A stretch of 64,000 bases of DNA from Candidatus Heimdallarchaeum endolithica (GTDB lineage: Archaea > Asgardarchaeota > Heimdallarchaeia > Heimdallarchaeales > Heimdallarchaeaceae). Every line of letters starts with the position of its first letter. The stretch's first letter is position 1. The notes under the pieces were generated by a model that was given only the letters and a program-made list of their open reading frames with translations, was not told where the DNA came from and searched no databases. Both the position numbers and the translations under genes were made by a program. Below are positions 1 through 8,203 of this stretch, one piece after another. The DNA is taken from positions 658,117 to 722,116 of the forward strand of contig CP084167.1 of NCBI GenBank assembly GCA_021513715.1. Reading direction: 5' to 3'.

Positions 1-1539
1 AGTTGTTTCATTCCAATAATTACCATATATTCCATTATCAAAATAACTATTAGAAGAATAAAATGTGAATTTAGTATTATAAAAATTGTTTAGAAGAAAA
101 GTCGCGTTAGGATAATTTACTACTATATTAGAGTTAATAAAATTACAACCAAGTATAAGTGCATGTTCAAGAGAAGATGGAAAGTTCAAATTGTCATCTG
201 AAAAAGAAGAATTCGAGATTCTTAATTGTTTTAGTTTTGAAAAACCATAACCAAAAGGTACTCCCCTAAAAGTATACCCATTCTTCATAAAAGAACAATT
301 TTCTATAAATAAATTATTCCCCCATGCTATAATTCCCCAACTGTTTCCACTTATTATAGACGAAGTTATTTTCAATTTCGATGTTTCAGAAACAGAAACT
401 CCAACATCGCCATCTTTGATAATACTGTCAGTCAAAGTAATATTATTACTTTGATATACAGAGATCGGGCATGTAAAATCTTTAAGTATTACATTTTCGC
501 TATTAATTAGTACTAATTCTCCTTCAATAGTTGTTGATTCTATAAGAACATCTTTTTGTGATAAAACAAATCTTATATCTTTTCCATTTACTTTATTGTT
601 AATGGAATTAAAGTTAGTAAAATCTCCACCAAAGACTCGAATGGTCTCATTAAACAGTTCATTTTCGTGCAGATATAAATTCGAACCCCCATAAATCTCA
701 AAACCACAAGAGTTTCTATATAATTTATTTCCAAAAATACTAATATTATTTCCATCCCAAATTTCAATACTCCACCTACCATCATAGATATAATTGTAAG
801 ACACTTGTGAATCTTGAAGATTACCAAAGAGAGAAATTGCATCACCAAAATTGTTAAAAGTATTAGAAGATATAACACAATTTGTTCCACTTCCTAGTTT
901 AAGTCCAGAATATGAATAACTATAAGCTGTAAAAACATTATTTGTTATAAATAATCTATCAACACTGCAATCTACACGAATAGCAGCATAATATTCGTTA
1001 TTATTACCATCACTAATGAAACTATTATTTGTAATAGTAATTCCACTTAATACTTCACTTGAATAAAGACGAATTGCTATGAAATAATTAGTAAAAGTAG
1101 TATTTCTTATTAAAGCTGAATCTGTTTGGATTACTAGTCCATGCGTAAGCTTAGTGAAGTCAGATGTTCTATAGCCCAAATCACTTAAGTAACTATTTTC
1201 GATTCTAATTTCTGAGCCTTTTTCAGCGATAATAACATATTTAAGTGTTGGATCAATTGATTTGATTGTGGAATTATTAATATACAAATGACCACCTGAT
1301 TCAACGTGAATACTATATTGTCCATTATCTGTCAAGTTAAAAGAAAGAATAGAATTGTAAATATAACATTCTTCTCCATCTTGAATAACAATATCATTAT
1401 CAAGAAGTATAGACGTATTAACATAGTCAGTTAATTGATAGGAAGGAAATGTATCATCATTAATGAATCCTAAAACATCTTGATTTGAGGAAATCCTTTT
1501 ATTTGGATTACTTGTTCTGATAATTAATACAACCAACAT
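1..1539 (-). CDS. Secreted right-handed beta-helix repeat protein (NosD/CASH-like), 3' end beyond window start
   Basis: Open minus-strand frame reads from ATG at 1539 through position 1 with no stop; N-terminal hydrophobic segment (MLVVLIIRTS); repeated N-x-F/I-x-x-N-x-x-G-I motifs typical of parallel beta-helix repeats. Not in ORF track because it has no stop inside the window. Alternative TTG start at 1584. Confidence 0.6.
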   Translation of the reverse strand, partial: MLVVLIIRTSNPNKRISSNQDVLGFINDDTFPSYQLTDYVNTSILLDNDIVIQDGEECYIYNSILSFNLTDNGQYSIHVESGGHLYINNSTIKSIDPTLKYVIIAEKGSEIRIENSYLSDLGYRTSDFTKLTHGLVIQTDSALIRNTTFTNYFIAIRLYSSEVLSGITITNNSFISDGNNNEYYAAIRVDCSVDRLFITNNVFTAYSYSYSGLKLGSGTNCVISSNTFNNFGDAISLFGNLQDSQVSYNYIYDGRWSIEIWDGNNISIFGNKLYRNSCGFEIYGGSNLYLHENELFNETIRVFGGDFTNFNSINNKVNGKDIRFVLSQKDVLIESTTIEGELVLINSENVILKDFTCPISVYQSNNITLTDSIIKDGDVGVSVSETSKLKITSSIISGNSWGIIAWGNNLFIENCSFMKNGYTFRGVPFGYGFSKLKQLRISNSSFSDDNLNFPSSLEHALILGCNFINSNIVVNYPNATFLLNNFYNTKFTFYSSNSYFDNGIYGNYWNETT

Positions 1540-1960
1540 TAGAAGTAATATTGATCTAACAAGATTCTTATTAAATCTAATCAAATAAACACCAAATTTT
1601 TAACTAATTTTTTTCTTTAAAAAGATTATCTAAGTATCACTAGCAATCATAAAAACATGACTTTTATAAAACTTATTTTTATAAGTAATAATGTTTTGCT
1701 AATTATATACAGATTTAGTTTTGAAATTTATTTGTTTGACAATGATATAGTAATTCAGCAAAAGTAACTTTCACCGCTATATAATAAACTTAATTCCCGA
1801 TATTTTATTGGTGCTAAAGACTATAGTTACCAAATAAAGAAAAACATATGTTTTTACTTTTGTTCAACAAATAATTTTATATTGGGTTATAACCCATAAT
1901 CCTCTAGAAGTCTAAAACGAGAAAAAAGAGGCGATAAAAATAGGATATGGTTCAGGAAGA

Positions 1961-2362
1961 ATGCGTGGTGGAGGGAGAGGAAGGGGAGGAGGATTTGGAT
2001 TAGGAGCAGGAGGAGCCTGTATTTGTCCAGTGTGTGGTACAAAAGCTGCTCATGCAAGAGGGGTACCTTGTTTTCAATCTCGATGCCCACAATGTGGAGC
2101 ACCAATGACTAGAGCAGAAGCTTATGCCGGTCCCCAACCACAGTATAGTAAAAACGTACAAGAAGAGAAAGAATACAAATTTACTACAGCAGCAAAACCA
2201 CATATAGATCAATCTAGATGTAAGGGGTGTGCTTTATGCATAAATAGTTGTCCTTTTAATGTTATTAGAATGGAAAATGGTCATGCAATTATTGATTCTT
2301 CACGCTGCAGAAGTTGCGGAGTATGTATTTCTTCTTGTCCTGAAGGAGCAATAGTTTATTAG
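1961..2362 (+). CDS. Ferredoxin, 2x[4Fe-4S], with Gly/Arg-rich N-terminus and Cys4 zinc-ribbon-like motif
   Basis: C-terminal CKGCALCINSCP and CRSCGVCISSCP motifs; N-terminal GGGRGRGGGFG followed by CxCPVC...CPQC. Confidence 0.75.
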   Translation: MRGGGRGRGGGFGLGAGGACICPVCGTKAAHARGVPCFQSRCPQCGAPMTRAEAYAGPQPQYSKNVQEEKEYKFTTAAKPHIDQSRCKGCALCINSCPFNVIRMENGHAIIDSSRCRSCGVCISSCPEGAIVY

Positions 2363-2404
2363 AAAATGTAGAAAAAAATTAAAAATAGTTGAAAAAAATT
2401 CTTT

Positions 2405-2782
2405 TTATATTTTTAGTGGTTCAATGATTATACTATCTTTATCAAAAGTTGCCAAGTAAAAGTCTTCTGTTAAAATGAGACAACCAGTTGGACAAATATC
2501 TTGACATAATGCACAGAAGCAGCACTTTCCTAAATCTATTTGTGGATAAGTTTTTGGGTATTTTTCTTTATATTCTTTTTTTACTTCTACCATCTTTATT
2601 GCTTTATTTAAGCATATTTTGGCACATGATCCACAAGAGATGCAGTTATCGATGTCAAACTTATGTTTTGCTCTCTCTCTTTCTGGTATCTCTACTTTCT
2701 CCATTGGAAAAAGAACAGTCATTGGTCTTTTGAACAGATTCTTGAATATTTCTGAAATAACACTTAGTTTCATTGTTATCAC
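2405..2782 (-). CDS. NuoI-like 2x[4Fe-4S] subunit of a complex-I-like module
   Basis: Two Cys clusters CISCGSCAKIC and CCFCALCQDICP; last gene of the B-C-D-I operon, 2 nt after NuoD-like gene. Confidence 0.75.
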   Translation of the reverse strand: MITMKLSVISEIFKNLFKRPMTVLFPMEKVEIPERERAKHKFDIDNCISCGSCAKICLNKAIKMVEVKKEYKEKYPKTYPQIDLGKCCFCALCQDICPTGCLILTEDFYLATFDKDSIIIEPLKI

Positions 2783-2783
2783 C

Positions 2784-3896
2784 TCATCTATCTACATCAG
2801 CAGGACATTGGTTTAAACTCCAATAAATAGCAGGGACGTCAGCATAATAAGAATCAGTAAGTAAATGCTTTAAAATAGGTATCATATGAGTAAAAGAAGG
2901 ACCTCTGATCTTAACTCTATAAGGAGTCTTTTTTCCTGTAGCAATCATATAAATAGCGCCTTCTCCTCTTGATAGTTCATTACGTGTATAGGTTTCTCCT
3001 TTAGCTTTGCGGAAGTGAACAATAGGTTTCATATTAGGCGTTTTTACTTCCCCTTTTGGCATTCTGTCAATTGCTTGCTTAACTATCTTCTTGCTTTCTT
3101 CTATTTCTTGCATAGCTATCAAATATCTTGAATAAGCATCTCCTTCATCAAGAACTGGAATTTCAAACTCCAATTCATCATAAATTTCATAAGGATCATC
3201 TCTTCTAACATCTGAAGCAACCCCGCTAGCCCTTAAAATAGGTCCTGTTGCACCTAGTTTAATAGCTTCTTCTTTCGTTAACACTCCTACTTCTTTGAAT
3301 CTTTCCAACCATGCAGGATTTTCTTTTTTTGCGAATTTATGCATATAGTCAATCTTTTCAAATAAAGTAAGAATCTTTTTTTCTGCTTTCTCTGGTAAAT
3401 CTTTTCTTACTCCTCCAGGGCAGATATATCCAGCTGGATAAAGTCTTCCTCCAGTAATATAATCGAACACATCTAGCATATAGTCTCTGTATCCCATTGC
3501 AACATTAAATCCAGTAGTAAATCCTGTTCCCATTGACATCACAGCGTACCATATAAAGTGCGATTGTATTCTTGACAGTTCTGCAAGTATAACTCTGATG
3601 TATTTAGCTCTTTCTGGGATATCATAACCCATTAAAGTATCAACAGCTTCTGCATGGAGAAGATTCCACTGAAGAGGTTCTAAAACACATATTCTATCTG
3701 ATAATACGGAGTTTTGCATAGGTTCTCTATATTCCATTAACTTTTCAAAACCTCTATGTAAATATCCTGGATCTACTACAGCTTTCATCACTCTTTCTCC
3801 ACGAAGTTGAACTCTCACTGAAAAGTTTCCTGAACCAGGGTGAGCTGGTCCAAAGTACATTTCAAAATCTCCTTGTTTTTCTTCTATTTCAGTCAT
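2784..3896 (-). CDS. NuoD-like 49-kDa subunit (complex I / group 4 hydrogenase large-subunit fold, no NiFe-ligand Cys pairs)
   Basis: N-terminal FGPAHPGSGNF and C-terminal ...CPADVDR resemble NuoD; the N- and C-terminal CxxC pairs of [NiFe] hydrogenase large subunits are absent. Confidence 0.8.
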   Translation of the reverse strand: MTEIEEKQGDFEMYFGPAHPGSGNFSVRVQLRGERVMKAVVDPGYLHRGFEKLMEYREPMQNSVLSDRICVLEPLQWNLLHAEAVDTLMGYDIPERAKYIRVILAELSRIQSHFIWYAVMSMGTGFTTGFNVAMGYRDYMLDVFDYITGGRLYPAGYICPGGVRKDLPEKAEKKILTLFEKIDYMHKFAKKENPAWLERFKEVGVLTKEEAIKLGATGPILRASGVASDVRRDDPYEIYDELEFEIPVLDEGDAYSRYLIAMQEIEESKKIVKQAIDRMPKGEVKTPNMKPIVHFRKAKGETYTRNELSRGEGAIYMIATGKKTPYRVKIRGPSFTHMIPILKHLLTDSYYADVPAIYWSLNQCPADVDR

Positions 3897-4438
3897 TTTT
3901 TCACCTCAAAATAATTATCTTCTCTGGGATTACTTTCATTATAATATTCTTGTTGTACATATTTTCGCCAGTCGAAGTCCTTTCTAAACGGAGGAGGGCC
4001 ATCCCAGTCTTCCAACATTAGTGGAGTAAGATTAATGTTTCCTTTAAAAATCACGCCATAAAACTCATGGCATTCTCTTTCACATAATTCTGCATTTTTA
4101 CTCCATAGAGAAGTAACAGAAGATATTGTAGGATTTTCTCTATTTATCCTTGCTTTTATCGTTAAAAGCATTTTTTCTTTATAGGACCATAAATGGTAAG
4201 CAATTTCAAAATTATTCTTTTCAATCCAATCTGTAACACTTATTGTAGAAAGATGTTCAAAACCCATATCATAAGCAATCGAACAAGCATCTACTATTTC
4301 TTTAGGTTCAATAGATACCCAAAGTCTTTTTTTTCTTTGGATATTAACCTTCTTGTTTAATTTCTTACTTAAAGCCGTTACAATTTTTTCTTCTTTATAA
4401 TTATTCTTCTCTTTCTCTACTACACTCATTTTACTCAC
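3893..4438 (-). CDS. NuoC-like 30-kDa subunit
   Basis: ERECHEFYGVIFKGN signature; 4-bp overlap with NuoD-like and NuoB-like genes. Confidence 0.75.
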   Translation of the reverse strand: MSKMSVVEKEKNNYKEEKIVTALSKKLNKKVNIQRKKRLWVSIEPKEIVDACSIAYDMGFEHLSTISVTDWIEKNNFEIAYHLWSYKEKMLLTIKARINRENPTISSVTSLWSKNAELCERECHEFYGVIFKGNINLTPLMLEDWDGPPPFRKDFDWRKYVQQEYYNESNPREDNYFEVKK

Positions 4439-4875
4439 TCATCCGGCATTCCATGAACATGTTGAACTATTTTGAAAACAGCATCAAAAACAGCTTCAGG
4501 TCTGGGAGGACAACCAGGAATATACATGGTTACAGGAAGATAATCTTCAAGCTTCTTAACAGTGTTATATGAATCCCAATACATCCCACCTGTTATTGGA
4601 CATGAACCCAATGCTAAGACAAACTTTGGATCAGGCATTTGCTCATAAATCTTTTGTGCTCTCTTCATTGATTTTGGTGTCTGAAAACCAGCAATAAACA
4701 ACACATCAGCCTTTCTTGGTGAATTAACTGTTATCATTCCAAAACGTTCCATATCCCACCTTGAACCTACAACTGGGACAAGTTCAGTAAATCCACAAGA
4801 GTTAAACCAATTAAAAACCCAAATAGCTTTTACAAAATATTTCATCACAGTTTTCTTCTTAACCATCCTTTCCAC
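4435..4875 (-). CDS. NuoB-like 20-kDa subunit (hydrogenase small-subunit fold)
   Basis: GSCPITGG and GCPPRPE motifs; first motif is SC rather than the usual CC. Confidence 0.8.
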   Translation of the reverse strand: MERMVKKKTVMKYFVKAIWVFNWFNSCGFTELVPVVGSRWDMERFGMITVNSPRKADVLFIAGFQTPKSMKRAQKIYEQMPDPKFVLALGSCPITGGMYWDSYNTVKKLEDYLPVTMYIPGCPPRPEAVFDAVFKIVQHVHGMPDE

Positions 4876-5274
4876 TTTCTTCTCTTTTGTTTAGAAACAC
4901 AATACACAAATTCTTGCTATAATTATTTAAAAAAAAATCTACTTACATATATCTTTTAGGGTAAGGATTTAATCGTTTTGCTATACTTACAAGCCCAAAA
5001 ATGATAAAATAGGTCAATGACTTTTCGGATAACCGAACATTAATCAGTATAAACACCTGTCTAATCGTGTGAATAATTACGCACATGTTCAAAATGGTGA
5101 ATAACTGCGAATTAATTAACAATATATGTGTTTAAGAAAAAGCACATCTGCATTTAAGAATAGAAATTAATCAAACTATTAAATCTAAGAATTTGAGGAA
5201 ATAGATAAAAAAGTAAAAAAAAAGGAAAATAAAGAGACATCTACATTTATAACTTATAATACTCAAATAAATAA

Positions 5275-5400
5275 AAAAATTGTTATAAATGTGAAGGAAA
5301 ATTTGGTTAAGGTGTTCAGGAAAATAAACATTTGTAACGTGGTTCCCGTATGGGTAAGTTAATAACGTACAATCTGTTCTCCAATAAGCAAATAAATTTT
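5275..5400 (-). pseudogene. C-terminal fragment of an alpha/beta-hydrolase paralog
   Basis: Minus-strand translation ENLFAYWRTDCTLLTYPYGNHVTNVYFPEHLNQIFL aligns with the C-terminus of the esterase at 12161-13915 (ETYLNYGRKDCALLTFPYGSHAADIYFPGHFNQIFL); no upstream body or start. Confidence 0.5.
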
Positions 5401-5459
5401 CTTATCAAATCTTTTAAACTGTTAAATAAAAGAAAGAAGAAAAAAAAAGAGTGTAAAAA

Positions 5460-6020
5460 CTATTTTGATAATAGCTCAATAAAATTAGAAACAAATTTTT
5501 CGACTTTTTCCCAATCTCGTAAATCGATTACTTTATTCTTTGTATCATCATATTGTTTGGAAATAATTTCGACCATCTTTTTATCTAACCAGGTCATTTT
5601 GCTTTCAGGAGACAAATCAAGTTTTCCTCCAAATGCTTCAACTAAATTAAAGTTTAATCCGTATTTTTGTAGTCTAGAGAATATATATTCATTCTTTATG
5701 CTCTCATATTTCTCAGGATCTGCTGCAAAGGCAGAAGAAACAAAAAAAGCTTTAATTCCAATGTATTTTTTTAATGCTTCCTTTTCGTTTTTTACGAATT
5801 TTTTCACACTTTTTACCCACATAGACATCTTAATTCCAGTTCCAATAATAAGACCAGAATAATTGTTTATTTTTGGAAGTTCTTGTTTTTGAATTTGACC
5901 TAAGTCAATAATTTCAACATAAAAGTTATTTTTTTCCAATAATTCTTTAATTCTTTTAGTTACCTCTTCTTTGGCACCGTATCTAGAGCCAAAGACAATT
6001 AAAATTTTTTTATCATTCAT
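5460..6020 (-). CDS. Flavodoxin-like protein
   Basis: N-terminal KILIVFGSRYGAKEE flavodoxin-type FMN-binding loop; about 186 aa. Confidence 0.6.
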   Translation of the reverse strand: MNDKKILIVFGSRYGAKEEVTKRIKELLEKNNFYVEIIDLGQIQKQELPKINNYSGLIIGTGIKMSMWVKSVKKFVKNEKEALKKYIGIKAFFVSSAFAADPEKYESIKNEYIFSRLQKYGLNFNLVEAFGGKLDLSPESKMTWLDKKMVEIISKQYDDTKNKVIDLRDWEKVEKFVSNFIELLSK

Positions 6021-6097
6021 AAAAAAAGCAATGCTTGGTTATATTAAAATCTAGTGAAATATAATAATTGAAGAAAATTGTAAAAAAAAGAAAAAAA

Positions 6098-7777
6098 TTA
6101 TAATCTAATTCCGAATGTGGATAATTTCACACTAAACAAGAAAACAAAGAATACAATTGACCACACAGATCCTATAATACTGAGAATCAAAGCTTTTTTG
6201 TTTATTCCATTTTTCATTTCTGTTTTTTGAGCTTCTTTTGAAATAAAGTAAGAAATAAGAGAAAATGGAAAGATAAATAAACCTATTTTCGAAAGTTTAA
6301 GTGCAAAACTCGATTCAGTATGTTTTTCTCTATTGTTTCTATTAAGATCTACCCAGTCGACATTGTAAAAGTTCCCTTGAACATTCAATATATCTTTCTT
6401 CCACCACCTTTTTTCTGTTTCTTGTTTAGGTTCCTTTATGAAAAGATTGCGTAGAAAAACAATTATCCACTTCATGCTACCAAAATAGCCTATTTTCTCC
6501 CAGAAATAAGTCAAAACGTGGTAAAAAGCAAGCGACAATATTATCACAATAATTGTTCCACTCCAAGGAAGTCTTACATATGTGTCAGTCATTACTAAGC
6601 TAACAATAAAGTAGAACAAATTGTAGAAGTATTGCATGTTGTAAATAGTAAAAGGAATAAAACCTAATCGTCTAATGAATTTAGTGTGGTTAGCAAAAAT
6701 AGCACCTTTTCCTCTGAATTCAACTATTCGAAACATTACAGAGATTAAACAAAAGGAAAAACCATTTAAACTCAAAAATTGGAAAAGCCATCCAACTACT
6801 GGAACACCATTCTCTGTTGTCCAATATCTATGTTCACTTATATGTAAATACAAGTTTAGCCCTGCATCCATTCCTTGATTATTGATAACTAAGAATACGT
6901 TTAGAAAGACACCTATTATTCCAATAACAAACATTGCAATACTTATGAAAAAGAACTTTTTTAGAAAAGAAAGTTTAATTTTCTCTTCTTTTTGAGAGAT
7001 ATAAATTCCAAAAATACTCCCAGCGAAACTTGCAGTTAAATAAGGAAAGACTGGTTCCCACATTGCAGCTAATGGACCAAGGAAAAAGCGTAAAACAAAC
7101 TGTCCGAAGGAAGTTATACCAATTACACCAAATTCTACATTTTTTCCTGTAGCAGGATCAATAGCATAGGGATAACCAGGAACTAATTTATCTGATATAA
7201 ACCACATTAGAGGAGTAAAAGCAAGAGCTAACACAGCAAATAAGCTATAGAAAATAATTAAAGTAGAAGGCTTTCTCCATTTTTCGTTTCGTATAAGAAG
7301 CGCATGAACGATACCATTTATAATAATGCACCACGCAATTGTATGAACAGTCTCAAAAAATAAGAAACGCCATAAGGCTTGATCATATGTTCCTGCTTTT
7401 AAGTTGTTTAAATGAAGAAAAACTTCACCAATTGTTCCGTGATAACCTAAAATAGATTCAGATAACATCGCAAAAAAGAGAAGAAAAGAACCAGTAATTA
7501 CTTGACGAAGCATAATCTGTTTCCAATTATCCCCTCTTGCTAATTGTCTTTGCATAGAAATCATATTTCCTATAGCTGAAATAATTAGAAAAAGACCTGC
7601 AAGTCCGCCTAGAAAAGGAAGAACAACCAGTAATAAAACTTGAAATAAAGGTAATTGATCTAATTTAGCAACTAAGGAATCAATATCAAGGGTATCACTT
7701 ATTATATGAAGCACAATCATAAGAAAGATAGATATTCCTCTCAAGAAATCAATAGTAAAAAATCGTTTTTTAATCAT
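6098..7777 (-). CDS. Polytopic membrane protein, acyltransferase-3/DUF1624-like
   Basis: RFFTIDFLRGISIFLMIVLHI N-terminal motif; many predicted TM helices. Start taken at internal ATG 7777 rather than the track start 7894, which lies beyond a 14-nt homopolymer. Confidence 0.45.
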   Translation of the reverse strand: MIKKRFFTIDFLRGISIFLMIVLHIISDTLDIDSLVAKLDQLPLFQVLLLVVLPFLGGLAGLFLIISAIGNMISMQRQLARGDNWKQIMLRQVITGSFLLFFAMLSESILGYHGTIGEVFLHLNNLKAGTYDQALWRFLFFETVHTIAWCIIINGIVHALLIRNEKWRKPSTLIIFYSLFAVLALAFTPLMWFISDKLVPGYPYAIDPATGKNVEFGVIGITSFGQFVLRFFLGPLAAMWEPVFPYLTASFAGSIFGIYISQKEEKIKLSFLKKFFFISIAMFVIGIIGVFLNVFLVINNQGMDAGLNLYLHISEHRYWTTENGVPVVGWLFQFLSLNGFSFCLISVMFRIVEFRGKGAIFANHTKFIRRLGFIPFTIYNMQYFYNLFYFIVSLVMTDTYVRLPWSGTIIVIILSLAFYHVLTYFWEKIGYFGSMKWIIVFLRNLFIKEPKQETEKRWWKKDILNVQGNFYNVDWVDLNRNNREKHTESSFALKLSKIGLFIFPFSLISYFISKEAQKTEMKNGINKKALILSIIGSVWSIVFFVFLFSVKLSTFGIRL

Positions 7778-8203
7778 TAAACAAAAAAAAAAAAAATCTT
7801 TGTTAAAAGTTTTTCCTAATGCTGAAAAAGCGTTTAACTGCAATAAAAAAGTAAAAATTTGTTGGAAATTTAGGTTGTGAATAAATAGTATCATAGAAAT
7901 GAAAAATCAGATTAAAACCATCACTCCCAAGAAAAGATTAAATTTTGGAGTTAGAATCAAAAAGTCATTATAACAAGAAAAAGGATTTTTTGGGATTTAC
8001 TAATTATTATCATCAACTTTGTTTTTGTAAGATTATACTCTTTCTACTGTTATTTTAAAAGCTTATCCAATAAAGTGTAAAAACAGTTCTTGTTAGTGAA
8101 TTTGTTAATAAGAAACAAATAAATGCTCTTTTTTTTCATTAATCACTAATATTCAATTTTAAAATGTTGAAAAATGGAAAAAAAAGGTAAGAATCAGCTT
8201 TTA

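Noticed and set aside
588-890. 100-aa minus-strand ORF from the six-frame track
   Set aside because: It lies in a different frame inside the long open beta-helix gene (1-1539) and is hydrophobic low-complexity sequence, so it is an alternative-frame artefact.
1887-2212. Two minus-strand ORFs (72 and 70 aa) overlapping the ferredoxin gene
   Set aside because: They are antisense to a well-supported ferredoxin with conserved Cys motifs and have no motifs of their own.
2488-2816. Two plus-strand ORFs (81 and 65 aa) inside the NuoI-like gene
   Set aside because: Antisense to a conserved Fe-S subunit gene; hydrophobic low-complexity translations.
2784-3896. Possibility that the NuoD-like protein is a [NiFe] hydrogenase large subunit (Ech/Mbh-type)
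   Set aside because: Neither the N-terminal nor the C-terminal CxxC nickel-ligand pair is present; the termini resemble NuoD.
5350-5862. 170-aa plus-strand ORF
   Set aside because: It overlaps the flavodoxin gene on the opposite strand and the esterase-fragment pseudogene, and its translation is low-complexity and AT-driven.
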